From NCBI GenBank assembly GCA_944376205.1, contig CALWBV010000006.1:7868-71867 (forward strand): a DNA stretch of 64,000 bases. The letters are read 5' to 3'. A program made the translations under genes and the position numbers. Shown here piece by piece: positions 37,834 through 47,370 of this stretch. Positions within the stretch are counted from its first letter, which is position 1. Every line of letters starts with the position of its first letter. This stretch comes from an uncultured Christensenellaceae bacterium. Its GTDB lineage: Bacteria; Bacillota; Clostridia; Christensenellales; UBA3700. The notes beneath the pieces are model-generated. The model did not search any database. It saw only the letters and a list, made by a program, of their open reading frames with translations, and had not been told where the DNA came from.

Positions 37834-39414
37834 ATGAAAAACAAAAAAATCGTTCTTACAATTACCGTTGTATTGCTCCTGTCGGTAACCTTGCTTTCTC
37901 TTACCGCCTGCAACAAGGATAACGGATTCAATATCAACACTATCGCAAAAGGGGCTGAAAACAATTTCCCCACTCAATTCGCAGTTCAGGATTTGAGCGC
38001 ATATTCAGAATATTCTAATATGATATCTTCAGGCAATTATCTCTTCTTCTCCGATACCGACGAAGAAACGGGTGCTTACAAATATTGTCTGTACAGTCTC
38101 GAACAGCAAAAAGTTCTCACAACAGGTACGTCAGATTCTGCTGTAAACGTATCGACTTCGTTTTTCAGTGACATCTTCTCGATTTGCGTACCCTCCGATT
38201 CCGTGAACTTTATGACTACTTTCTACGATTACTACGGAGAAATAACTTCGTTCCCCGAGAAAAAAGAAGTCATCAACTGGTCTTACGAAAGCGACTTGAA
38301 ATATATCGTCTTTGAAGACAACAGCACTATACTTCTCGATAAGGAAAACAAGGGACGATATATCTCCTATTCTCCCAATCATCAAGTAAAAGACATGACA
38401 AAAGCGGGAGACTTGTTCCTTTACAACCAAAACGGCGTTACATACGTATATGACGAAAACCTCTATTTCCTCACGAGCTATATCGTCTCCGATAAAATCA
38501 GCGCACCTTCGGGCTACACGCAGTCGGCAGTAATAAATTTGACGGAAAAGAAAATCTATCAATATACACAGGAAGTAACCGATGAAGAAGAACCCTACGA
38601 TTTCGTAGACTCCGACGGCAACAGATACAATATCCGTCAATATCTTCTTGACGTAAAGACAGGCAACGTAACAAAGCTCTCCAACGAAAAACTTTTTATC
38701 AGCGCTTCCGCTTCGTCGCTGTCTGCTTCGGATTACTATGTGCTTGAGTATCAGAAAACAAGCGGCAAAGGACTCTCTTTGTCAACGACGACGGGTATCT
38801 TTGACAAAAACCTTAACCTTACGGCAAACCTTTCTGAATATGTAGATTACGAAACCGTTTCTTCCATAGATGCATTCGGTGATTATCTTATTATCATAAC
38901 CTCCCAACACATCTATTTCTATAAGGACGGAAAGCTTGCTTACAAAATGAGTGCTTCTTATGCTACCAATCCCGTATACGGCCGTTATTTCTACGGCAAT
39001 CTCATCTACTTCGATGCGCTTACGCTCAAAAACGTCGTAGGCATTCCTGCCGATGCGGTTTTGCAAGAAACAAACTCTTACACCGACGGTCTGATGTATT
39101 ACAAGAGCGTCAAGGAAGTTACAGGTGAGAACGGCTCAACAGAATACGTCAACGAAGCTTATGTTTTCGACACGGAAACGATGCAGGCAACTCTCCTCGA
39201 CGATACGGGAAATATCCGTTTCTACACCATGTTCTATTCTACCTACAATGAAGAAGCAAATACGTACAGCGCATACGCTCTCTACAACAACCAGGCAATC
39301 TTCGAGAACAAAACTCTCAGCAGTCTCTCCTCTGAGGCTACCGGCGATTATACCGTAATCACCGCAACGCAAGAAGACGGCAGCGCTTTGAGATACGCAA
39401 TCTCTCTGAAGTAA
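37834..39414 (+). CDS. Hypothetical lipoprotein (paralogue B)
   Basis: MKNKKIVLTITVVLLLSVTLLSLTAC lipobox. AGGAGG lies 8 nt upstream. It is collinear in similarity with paralogue A. Confidence 0.75.
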   Translation: MKNKKIVLTITVVLLLSVTLLSLTACNKDNGFNINTIAKGAENNFPTQFAVQDLSAYSEYSNMISSGNYLFFSDTDEETGAYKYCLYSLEQQKVLTTGTSDSAVNVSTSFFSDIFSICVPSDSVNFMTTFYDYYGEITSFPEKKEVINWSYESDLKYIVFEDNSTILLDKENKGRYISYSPNHQVKDMTKAGDLFLYNQNGVTYVYDENLYFLTSYIVSDKISAPSGYTQSAVINLTEKKIYQYTQEVTDEEEPYDFVDSDGNRYNIRQYLLDVKTGNVTKLSNEKLFISASASSLSASDYYVLEYQKTSGKGLSLSTTTGIFDKNLNLTANLSEYVDYETVSSIDAFGDYLIIITSQHIYFYKDGKLAYKMSASYATNPVYGRYFYGNLIYFDALTLKNVVGIPADAVLQETNSYTDGLMYYKSVKEVTGENGSTEYVNEAYVFDTETMQATLLDDTGNIRFYTMFYSTYNEEANTYSAYALYNNQAIFENKTLSSLSSEATGDYTVITATQEDGSALRYAISLK

Positions 39415-39440
39415 TTGAAAACGGGCTACTCTGCCCGACA

Positions 39441-39476
39441 AAAAAAGATGACGGCTCAACCCGTCATCTTTTTTTC
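39441..39476. terminator. Bidirectional terminator between the lipoprotein pair and pnuC
   Basis: AAAAAAAGATGACGGCTCAACCCGTCATCTTTTTTT. Confidence 0.8.
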
Positions 39477-39583
39477 TGCCCGTGACACTAGCGTCTTAAG
39501 TATTCAATTAGCCAATAATCTTTCTCAATCTAAAATAAGGTTTATTATAAAATTTATTCAATATAAAAATATTGCTTTGATTG

Positions 39584-40297
39584 CTATGCACTGATATCCT
39601 CTCTCTCGGATAAATCGGATTGTCTCTTCTTCATTCTTCTCCAATTGAAATATCCGTATAAATCGTTGATTAGAAAAACTGCAAAACACGTGATTACAGA
39701 TATATATCTTATCTCTTTGTATGCCGCCACAGACCACAAAGTTATGAGAACGATATCGTTGGCGGCGTAACCGATAGCAAAATATTCGCTGCGTCTTGCC
39801 GTAAGGTAAACCGCTATAAAACTCGTCGCCACGGAAATTGTGCTCAATATCAGATTGGCAGTATTGAAATATGCAAGTATATAATAAAAAATCCATGCGA
39901 CAATAATCGTCAATGCAATCATTATAAAATATTCGCAAGACTTGAGCTTGTTTATTTTTACTTGGGAAACGTTGCCGTTGAAGGGATGACGCAGCCAAGA
40001 GATAAGCGCATATACCGCCATAGGCGCAGTCATGCCGAGATACGTTATCATCTCGCCGTAATATGCCGTCTTAAACGAAATAATGCCGTATAGCACGCTG
40101 AAAACTATAATCATGACTTGCCCGACAGGATTTCCCTTTGCGTTGAAAATTAGCGACGTTATGCCCGTAAGCGACGCTGCCAGCGTAACATAGCTTTGCC
40201 TGTCAAACACGGCAAATGCAATTATCACCGCAACTACCGAAACAGCCCACAATATTATCTCGCCCTTGGTAAAATAGTTTTTTAATAATTTTATCAT
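39584..40297 (-). CDS. pnuC: PnuC-family nicotinamide riboside (or related vitamin) transporter
   Basis: NAKGNPVGQVMIIVFSVLYGIISF, ISWLRHPF and the C-terminal FLINDLYGYFNWRRM are PnuC-like. Start set at MIKLLKNY (40297). Confidence 0.8.
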   Translation of the reverse strand: MIKLLKNYFTKGEIILWAVSVVAVIIAFAVFDRQSYVTLAASLTGITSLIFNAKGNPVGQVMIIVFSVLYGIISFKTAYYGEMITYLGMTAPMAVYALISWLRHPFNGNVSQVKINKLKSCEYFIMIALTIIVAWIFYYILAYFNTANLILSTISVATSFIAVYLTARRSEYFAIGYAANDIVLITLWSVAAYKEIRYISVITCFAVFLINDLYGYFNWRRMKKRQSDLSEREDISA

Positions 40298-40428
40298 TTT
40301 ATTCCTTAAAAAAGGCACTCGCATCACATCTTCAAAGACCTAACGATGTGAAACGAATGCCTGTGCATTCATACCCGGTGGCATATCTGATTTTTGTCCA
40401 TTTTACCATAAAAATTTGCCCTTGTCAA
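40298..40428 (-). promoter_or_regulatory. pnuC promoter plus a roughly 100-nt leader with terminator/antiterminator alternative hairpins
   Basis: On the minus strand: TTGACA, 17 nt, TAAAAT (40428-40400). The leader then contains GAATGC-ACAG-GCATTC. This competes with the long hairpin GGCATTCG...CGAGTGCC, which is followed by TTTTTT and the RBS AAGGAA. Confidence 0.55.
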
Positions 40429-40475
40429 CAAATCCACGGCATCATGCGATACTGATTAAAAATTGCACATTCGTT

Positions 40476-40506
40476 AAAAAAAGCCGCTCTGCTTTCGCAA
40501 AGCGGC
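40476..40506 (-). terminator. Rho-independent terminator after gap
   Basis: The minus strand reads GCCGCTTTGCGAAAGCAGAGCGGCTTTTTTT. Confidence 0.75.
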
Positions 40507-40530
40507 GTTTAATACTCTTTGATCCGTCAA

Positions 40531-41595
40531 TTACTTGAGAAGTTCTGCAAAGTACTTGATAGTTCTTACCATCTGGCTGGTGTAAGAGTTCTCGTTGTCA
40601 TACCAAGATACAACCTGTACTTGATAAGTGTCATCGTCGATCTTGGAAACCATCGTCTGGGTAGCATCGAACAAAGAACCGTACTTCATACCGATAACGT
40701 CGGAAGAAACGATTTCGTCGGTGTTGTAGCCGAAGGATTCGGTAGCCTGTGCCTTCATAGCAGCGTTGATACCTTCCTTGGTAACGTCCTTACCCTTAAC
40801 TACTGCGATAAGGATAGTCGTAGAACCGGTAGCGGTAGGAACTCTTTGAGCTGCACCGATGAGCTTGCCGTTGAGTTCAGGGATAACGAGACCGATTGCC
40901 TTTGCAGCGCCGGTGCTGTTAGGAACGATATTCTGTGCGCCTGCTCTGGATCTTCTGAGGTCACCCTTTCTTTGAGGTCCGTCGAGGATCATCTGGTCGC
41001 CGGTGTATGCGTGAACGGTGGTCATGATACCGCTTACGATAGGAGCGTAGTCGTTGAGGGCTTTAGCCATAGGAGCGAGACAGTTGGTCGTGCAGGAAGC
41101 TGCAGAGATGATGTTGTCGTCCTTGGTAAGAGTCTTGTGGTTTACATTGTAAACGATTGTAGGAAGATCGTTGCCTGCGGGAGCGGAGATAACGACTTTC
41201 TTTGCACCTGCGTCGATGTGAGCCTGTGCCTTTGCCTTGCTGGTGTAGAAGCCTGTGCATTCGAGAACTACGTCAACCTTGAGTTCTTTCCAAGGGAGTT
41301 CTGCTGCGTTAGCCTTTGCGTAAATCGTGATTTCCTTGCCGTCTACGATGATAGAACCGGGAGTAACAACGGTCTTGCCGTCTTCTGCAAGAACTGCATC
41401 CTTGTAATCTACAGTGTGACCCATAGCTACATAGTTACCCTGCATAGTGTCGTACTTGAGAAGATGAGCGAGCATCTTGGGGCTGGTAAGGTCGTTGATT
41501 GCGACTACGTCGTAACCTGCGGCACCGAACATTTGTCTGAAAGCCAATCTACCGATACGGCCGAAACCGTTGATAGCAACTCTAACATTTGCCAT
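40531..41595 (-). CDS. gap: Type I glyceraldehyde-3-phosphate dehydrogenase
   Basis: [20 protein letters not shown] and the active site [10 protein letters not shown]. Confidence 0.95.
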   Translation of the reverse strand: MANVRVAINGFGRIGRLAFRQMFGAAGYDVVAINDLTSPKMLAHLLKYDTMQGNYVAMGHTVDYKDAVLAEDGKTVVTPGSIIVDGKEITIYAKANAAELPWKELKVDVVLECTGFYTSKAKAQAHIDAGAKKVVISAPAGNDLPTIVYNVNHKTLTKDDNIISAASCTTNCLAPMAKALNDYAPIVSGIMTTVHAYTGDQMILDGPQRKGDLRRSRAGAQNIVPNSTGAAKAIGLVIPELNGKLIGAAQRVPTATGSTTILIAVVKGKDVTKEGINAAMKAQATESFGYNTDEIVSSDVIGMKYGSLFDATQTMVSKIDDDTYQVQVVSWYDNENSYTSQMVRTIKYFAELLK

Positions 41596-41979
41596 AATAT
41601 ATTATTCCTCCAAAAAAAAATTATATTTCTAGGTTTGCTTTATAGCAATACTATTTTATCAACATTTTGCGCTAATAGCAAGCAATTTTTATAAAATTCC
41701 ATGTCTTGGGTACAATTTTGTGATTTTTTTGACGAAAATGTACATAAAGCTTACAAAAACCCGAGCTTTTATCCTTACAGGATAATTTATTGACGTGTAT
41801 ATTATATCCCCGCACACCCCAAACATACCTCTTAAGGCTTGATACATTGCGATTTTTTGTCAGATATCTTTGCAAAAATCGAGTCTTATTAGTCTGACGC
41901 ATTAATGCACCTATACCAAATTGACCGCATGTATATTATATTCTTTCCGTCGTACTCCGTGCTCAAATTCTCCCCTTCA

Positions 41980-42012
41980 GAAATAATAAAACAGGGAGAG
42001 AAAATCCCCCTG
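41980..42012 (-). terminator. Rho-independent terminator after the 753-aa repeat protein gene
   Basis: The minus strand reads CAGGGGGATTTTCTCTCCCTG followed by TTTTATTATTT. Confidence 0.6.
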
Positions 42013-42093
42013 CTTGTATTTTGTATCAACTTATTTTTAAGATTAACGCACTGTGTTTGCGTACGCCGTATTATAACCGCATGTCCGCAAATC

Positions 42094-44355
42094 TCAACTT
42101 ACAATACCTGCCGTCTCCGCACCGCCGCCGGTATCCTGTCCTGACGATGGTTGTTTTTCCTCTCCGCCCAGCGCTCCTACTATGGCATTACGTATAGGCA
42201 ATATTTTATCTTCGCCTATCATGTCGGCAAGCATATCGCATGCTTTATCCACGCCGTATATCAGAACTTCGTTGATAGTTTGCGCTCCGACTTCCGCCTT
42301 TGCCTGTTGGGCAAGGAAATAATATCCAACTCCGAGTGCCGCAACTAAAATTATTGTAAGTATCAACCACATAACGACAATACTTCTTATAAGCGCTGTC
42401 CTTGACTTGTTGCCCACGCCGAAAAACCAGCATATGCACGCAAATAAGTTAATAAGCGGTATTGCAAGAACTATAATAGTGCCTATCCATTTGCCTACCG
42501 TCATCGGATAGTTGCGCAAATCCATTTCGTCAAAACGCGACGCTTTTTTTGCTATCTTGCGCTGTTTTCTCGTCATGTTTTCTTTTTCAGGCAACGTAAC
42601 GACTACCGTCTGTCTGTCGCTGCTGACAAATCTAGGGACAAAAGGCTGCTCGGAATTATCATTCGACGCTTGTGTTTTGTCCTGCGAAGCGTTGACCGCC
42701 GTCTGTGCTACCGCACCGCCGTAAACGGCATTCACAAAGTCTCCGCCGAGCATATCCGTCTCCTCGGGAATAGCTTTGCGCTCCTCTTTGTATTCTGTCA
42801 TATCGACAAAACCGTCTGCTTCGTTTGTCTCTGCGTTTTTCGACTTTTTGTTCTTTTTGTCGAGTTTTGCCTGTTCTTTATCGGCAAGCGCCTGCTTTTT
42901 CTTATCGAGTTTGTCTTGCTTTGCCTGCTCTTTTTGATTCTGCTTTTCAAACTTGGCTTGCGCCTTATCCTGCTTGGCTTGCTCTTTGGCATTAAGCTTA
43001 TCTTGCTTTGCCTGTTCCTTGGCTTGCTTGTCTGCCGCCTTCTTTTCTTCTGCTTCTTTTATCTTTTGCTGCTTTAAGTCGGCAAGCTCTTGTTTTTGTC
43101 TCTCTTTCTCGTCAAGCTGCGCTTGTTTGTCGGCAAGTTTTTGTTGTTTTTCCTGCTCTTTGGCATTCAACTTGTCTTGCTTTGCCTGTTCTTTTTGATT
43201 GAGCTTGTCTTGTTTTGCTTGCTCTTTAAGCTGTCTCTCCTGTTCTTTTTTGAGCAAAGCGTCGTGTTTTTGCTGTCTTTTGATCTCGTCTTTTGTCAAA
43301 GGTATCTGTTGAGGCGCTTCGTTTGCGTTGAAATCGTATTCGTTTCCGCCCTGCAATTGTCCGTATTGGGGCACGCCGTAATTATCCTGTGCGCCTGAAT
43401 AAGCGTAATTCTGCGCACCGTAGTTGTCGTATGCGTTAGCGCCTGCATAGCCGTCCGAAGCTTGGGTATAACGGGGTCTCGCTTCCTGCTCGGGTTGAGC
43501 GTATCCGCCGTATTGTGCAGGCTGGCTGTATTGAGGTCTCGCTTCCTGCTTGGGTTGAGCGTATCCGCCGAATTGCGCAGGCTGGCTGTATTGAGGTCTC
43601 ACTTCCTGCTTGGGTTGAGCGTATCCGCCGAATTGCGCAGACTGACTGTATTGAGGTCTTGCCTCCTGCTCGGGTTGAGCGTATCCGCCGTATTGTGCAG
43701 GCTGACTGTATTGAGGTCTTGCCTCCTGCTCGGGTTGAGCGTATCCGCCGTATTGTGCAGGCTGACTGTATTGAGATGCGATATTCTGTTGTGTTTGATT
43801 GGGTTGAGTATAGGGAGACTGCACAGACTGTCTGTCTCCGTTAAAAGGTCTGTCTCCCGATAAAGCCTTATTGTCGGGTTGAGAATTTGTTCTGTCGGCT
43901 ACCGGCTTATTGAAAGCATAATTGCCCGTTTGTGCAGGACGAGGTTTCTGCTCCTTCTGATGAGCAGATTTTGCAAACCCGAACGAACTCGTTCCGAGAT
44001 ACTTCTTCTCGTTTGACGAGGCAGGTTTTTCTGTAGACTGATGCTTGGGAAATTTTTGTTTGGACGGAATAGGATTGTTGTGACTTGCGGGTTGCTGCTC
44101 GTTGAGTCCCGAAAGCGCATTGGCAAAACTGTTGCCGAAATTGTTAGAATACGTATTATCCACATATGCGGGAGCGTAGTCGTCCTCTCTTTCTTCCTTT
44201 TGCGGTATGCCGTACTCATCCGCAGCCCATACCGATTTAGGAGTAGACGACTGCCATTGAGATGCGTTATCCTGCTGTGCAGATTTATCCGCTTTACCGT
44301 CAAAGCCGCCCTGATATGCCTTATAATCCTTGTCGTTGTCGTTGTTGTTGAACAT
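42094..44355 (-). CDS. Large hypothetical protein: Gln/Pro/Tyr-rich 20-aa repeats, Lys/Gln/Glu coiled-coil-like repeats, C-terminal TM domain
   Basis: Start at the ATG 5 nt after GAGGGG (MFNNNDND). It has five RPQYSQPAQ(Y/F)GGYAQP(E/K)QE(A/V) units. A long (A/E)KQDKLN(A/Q)KEQ run follows. At least three TM helices lie near the C-terminus. Confidence 0.75.
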   Translation of the reverse strand: MFNNNDNDKDYKAYQGGFDGKADKSAQQDNASQWQSSTPKSVWAADEYGIPQKEEREDDYAPAYVDNTYSNNFGNSFANALSGLNEQQPASHNNPIPSKQKFPKHQSTEKPASSNEKKYLGTSSFGFAKSAHQKEQKPRPAQTGNYAFNKPVADRTNSQPDNKALSGDRPFNGDRQSVQSPYTQPNQTQQNIASQYSQPAQYGGYAQPEQEARPQYSQPAQYGGYAQPEQEARPQYSQSAQFGGYAQPKQEVRPQYSQPAQFGGYAQPKQEARPQYSQPAQYGGYAQPEQEARPRYTQASDGYAGANAYDNYGAQNYAYSGAQDNYGVPQYGQLQGGNEYDFNANEAPQQIPLTKDEIKRQQKHDALLKKEQERQLKEQAKQDKLNQKEQAKQDKLNAKEQEKQQKLADKQAQLDEKERQKQELADLKQQKIKEAEEKKAADKQAKEQAKQDKLNAKEQAKQDKAQAKFEKQNQKEQAKQDKLDKKKQALADKEQAKLDKKNKKSKNAETNEADGFVDMTEYKEERKAIPEETDMLGGDFVNAVYGGAVAQTAVNASQDKTQASNDNSEQPFVPRFVSSDRQTVVVTLPEKENMTRKQRKIAKKASRFDEMDLRNYPMTVGKWIGTIIVLAIPLINLFACICWFFGVGNKSRTALIRSIVVMWLILTIILVAALGVGYYFLAQQAKAEVGAQTINEVLIYGVDKACDMLADMIGEDKILPIRNAIVGALGGEEKQPSSGQDTGGGAETAGIVS
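43473..43775 (-). repeat. Five tandem 60-bp near-identical coding repeats
   Basis: Plus-strand unit: GTATTGAGGTCTCGCTTCCTGCTYGGGTTGAGCGTATCCGCCGWATTGYGCAGGCTGRCT, repeated 5 times in phase. Confidence 0.9.
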
Positions 44356-44705
44356 CTTTCCCCTCAATTTGTCCTTAAGGACCTGTAAAATAAACTTTCA
44401 CTTTCACACACAATACGTCTTTTGTCAGGCAATTGCACTCCGTAATGCAAAATATCCGCCTAACGACGCATTATGATTTTACTACAAATATGAATATCTG
44501 TCAATTAAAGTCAATGAGAGGTTTTGAAGGATTTTTTTGCCATATATGACATTTATGCGCCTTTTCCCGAAGAAAAAAGCGCATATCGTCCATAAAAAAT
44601 TCAACATTTTCATATTTTGCGCATGCTGTAAAAACACACATGCCGCCCCGCCCGAGTTGAGCTTGCTATATTGCCGCAAAATTCTTAAGCGTAATCGTCT
44701 AAAAT

Positions 44706-45824
44706 CTATTTAAGATTTTCGGGATTGAGGGCTTTTAGTTCGTCGATTACGAAAATTCCGTTTTTGCGAATAAGCACGTCGTCAAAATAAATTTCTCCGC
44801 CGCCGAATTCCTCTGTCTGAACAAGCACGAGATCCCAGTGGATAGCCGAGTTGTTGCCGTTGTATGCGTCATCGTAACATGCGCCGGGCGTAAAGTGTAT
44901 AGAACCGCTTATCTTCTCGTCAAAGAGAATATCTCCCATTGCTTTGGTGATATAGGGATTTACGCCGATAGCAAATTCTCCCACGTATCTCGCCCCCTCG
45001 TCCGTGTCAAACACCTTGTTGATAGCCTCGTTGTCATTGGATGTGGCTTTGACGATTTTTCCGTCCTTGAATTCGAGAGATATATTTTCGAATTTCATAC
45101 CGTTGGCAGTAGACGGAACATTGTAGGTTATCTTGCCGTTTACGCTGTTTTTGACGGGCGCCGTATAAACTTCGCCGTCGGGTATATTGCGCTTCCCTGC
45201 ACATTTTACGCCGCCGATGCCTTTTATCGAAAATGTAAGGTCGGTACCTTTGCCTACGATACGCACTTTGTCTGTCTTGTTCATGAGATCGACAAGAGGA
45301 GTCATGGCCTTTTCCATCTTCGAATAGTCGAGATTGCATACGTTGAAATACAAATCTTCAAACGCTTCGGTACTCATTGCCGACATGGCGCTCATGCCCT
45401 GCGTAGGATATCTCAATACGCACCACTTCGTATTCGCAACTCTCCTCTCGTGATGTACGGGATGGGAATAATATACGTTGTAAAAGTTTCTCTTTTCGGC
45501 AGGTACGTCTCCGAGTTCGTAAGCGTTTTCGCCGCCTCTTATGCCGAGATATGCCTGCATCTTGTCCATCTGATATGCGTCAAACTCGCACATTCTCTCG
45601 GCAAGTTCCTTGTCCATTCCGAGCATGAGCCGGCGCTGGATTCTGTTGTCGTAAATTTTCACAAAAGGATATGCTCCCGCTTTGCGGGTTTCTTCGATGA
45701 GCGCATTGACAAGCTGATAGTCAACTCCCGTCGCCTCTATGAGTATGTTTTCGCCTTTTTTCAGTTCACATGAAAAATTGATAAGATTTTTTGCAAGCGT
45801 ACGTATTCTTCCGTCCACCAACAT
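44706..45824 (-). CDS. M29-family aminopeptidase (AmpS/PepS type)
   Basis: 372 aa. The N-terminus LAKNLINFSCELKKGENILIEA and the later EFAIGVNP / HFTPG blocks are typical of Peptidase_M29. Confidence 0.8.
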   Translation of the reverse strand: MLVDGRIRTLAKNLINFSCELKKGENILIEATGVDYQLVNALIEETRKAGAYPFVKIYDNRIQRRLMLGMDKELAERMCEFDAYQMDKMQAYLGIRGGENAYELGDVPAEKRNFYNVYYSHPVHHERRVANTKWCVLRYPTQGMSAMSAMSTEAFEDLYFNVCNLDYSKMEKAMTPLVDLMNKTDKVRIVGKGTDLTFSIKGIGGVKCAGKRNIPDGEVYTAPVKNSVNGKITYNVPSTANGMKFENISLEFKDGKIVKATSNDNEAINKVFDTDEGARYVGEFAIGVNPYITKAMGDILFDEKISGSIHFTPGACYDDAYNGNNSAIHWDLVLVQTEEFGGGEIYFDDVLIRKNGIFVIDELKALNPENLK

Positions 45825-46057
45825 TTATAGCCTCCTTACGGAAAAGACCTTCTTTCTTTTCCATCGCAATTTGTCGATATAATATATTATATCCCTTTGC
45901 AACCGTTTTGTAAAAGTAATTTTTGCATAAGCTTATCTTATAACAATTATTTTTTGCAAAACGTGCCCTTATCGACTCAAAAACTTCGCCAAACCCTTGT
46001 CAAACAATTTTAAGTGTGCTAAAATCTATTTGATAAATTTATTTTGGAGGTAATGTT

Positions 46058-47011
46058 ATGCCACTCGTAACATCTAAAGAAATGTTCAAAAAAGCATACG
46101 CAGGCAAATACGCTATCGGTGCTTTTAACGTAAACAATATGGAAATCATCCAAGGTATCGTCGAAGCCGCTACCGAAGAAAACGCTCCTCTTATTTTGCA
46201 AGTTTCTTCCGGCGCTCGTAAATACGCTAACCCCGTATATCTCCGTAAAATGGTTGAAGCTGCAGAAGAAGTAAGCCACTTGCCTATCTGCTTGCACCTC
46301 GACCACGGCGATACTTTCGAACTCTGCAAAAGCTGTATCGACGGCGGTTTTAACTCCGTAATGATCGACGGCAGCCACCACTCTTTCAAGGATAACATCG
46401 CTCTTACCAAGCAGGTCGTTGAATACGCTCACGATCACGGCGTTACCGTAGAAGGCGAACTCGGACGTCTCGCAGGCGTTGAGGACGACGTTAAGGTTTC
46501 CGCAGAGGACAGCTCCTATACCCGCCCCGAAGAAGTAGAAGAATTCGTTACAAAGACGGGCGTTGACTCCCTCGCTATCGCTATCGGTACTTCCCACGGC
46601 GCTTACAAGTTCAAGCCCGGTACGAAGCCCCAACTCCGTTTCGATATCCTCGAAGAAGTAAGCAAGAGACTTCCTGAATTCCCTATCGTATTGCACGGCG
46701 CTTCTTCCGTACCTCAAGAATTCGTAAAGATCATCAACGAGAACGGCGGAAAGCTTCAGGATGCTATCGGCGTACCCGAAGATATGTTGCGTAAGGCTGC
46801 AAGCATGGCAGTATGTAAGATCAACATCGACTCCGACCTCAGAATGGCTTGCACCGCAGGTATCCGTAAGCACTTTATGGAGCATCCCGATCACTTCGAT
46901 CCCAGACAATACCTCGGCGACGCTAGAGCTAACATCAAGTATATCGTAAAGCATAAGCTCGTAAACGTACTCGGTTGTGCTGGTAAGGCTGACGAGATTC
47001 TCGGTAAATAA
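46058..47011 (+). CDS. fba: Class II fructose-1,6-bisphosphate aldolase
   Basis: YAIGAFNVNNMEIIQGIVEAA, LHLDHG and AIAIGTSHGAYKF motifs. Confidence 0.95.
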   Translation: MPLVTSKEMFKKAYAGKYAIGAFNVNNMEIIQGIVEAATEENAPLILQVSSGARKYANPVYLRKMVEAAEEVSHLPICLHLDHGDTFELCKSCIDGGFNSVMIDGSHHSFKDNIALTKQVVEYAHDHGVTVEGELGRLAGVEDDVKVSAEDSSYTRPEEVEEFVTKTGVDSLAIAIGTSHGAYKFKPGTKPQLRFDILEEVSKRLPEFPIVLHGASSVPQEFVKIINENGGKLQDAIGVPEDMLRKAASMAVCKINIDSDLRMACTAGIRKHFMEHPDHFDPRQYLGDARANIKYIVKHKLVNVLGCAGKADEILGK

Positions 47012-47161
47012 TAGGCGACCTTGTATAAGGGCGCACCTTTTCCTTTTATCTTCGACGCTCCTACTCAGTCACGTACGGCAAGTACGCTCCTATCGTAGTC
47101 GGTCTTGAAAAAGAAAAATTCACACTCTTCTCCAAGGTCGCACGAAATGGGGCAATAAAAG

Positions 47162-47204
47162 AAAAAACGACCACTCTCTGCAATAGCACGAGAGTGGTTT
47201 TTTC
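47162..47204 (+). terminator. Hairpin terminator GACCACTCTC-N11-GAGAGTGGT plus T-run
   Basis: AAAAAACGACCACTCTCTGCAATAGCACGAGAGTGGTTTTTTC. This is the likely fba terminator, lying after the first repeat unit. Confidence 0.7.
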
Positions 47205-47332
47205 ACCTTTCTTTATGCAAGAGTTGCCTCTCTCGGTTAAATAAGATATTATGCGCCTTTGCGGGTGACCTCGAAAAAGAAAAAACTGCACTAATCTCTG
47301 CGGTTGCACAGAGTTTGCAATAACCAAAAACT

Positions 47333-47370
47333 AAAACCACTCTCCTTACTAATGTGAGAGTGGTTTTTTT
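47333..47370 (+). terminator. Second hairpin terminator of the same type
   Basis: AAAACCACTCTCCTTACTAATGTGAGAGTGGTTTTTTT. Confidence 0.65.

Larger units (their letters stand above)
47015..47370 (-). repeat. Intergenic repeat family, two units, each followed by a CCACTCTC hairpin terminator
   Basis: GGCGACCTTGTATAAGGGCGCACCTTTTCCTTTTATCTTCGACGCTCCTACTCAGTCACGTACGGCAAGTACGCTCCTATCGTAGTCGGTCTTGAAAAAGAAAAATTCACACTCTTCTCCAAGGTCGCACGAAATGGGG starts 3 nt after the fba stop. A second, partial unit lies at about 47240-47320. Confidence 0.9.

Noticed and set aside
40298-40399. Assigning the pnuC leader to the TPP, FMN or NAD+ riboswitch classes
   Set aside because: I could not find the TPP CUGAGA/ACCUGA core or FMN-type conserved segments. 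I cannot reproduce the NAD+ class consensus reliably from memory, so the leader is left unclassified.
40519-41694. 391-aa plus-strand ORF
   Set aside because: It is a shadow of gap. It is Cys/Val/Ser-rich and has no RBS.
44838-45773. 311-aa plus-strand ORF
   Set aside because: It is a shadow of the M29 aminopeptidase gene.
46019-46954. 311-aa minus-strand ORF
   Set aside because: It is a shadow of fba.
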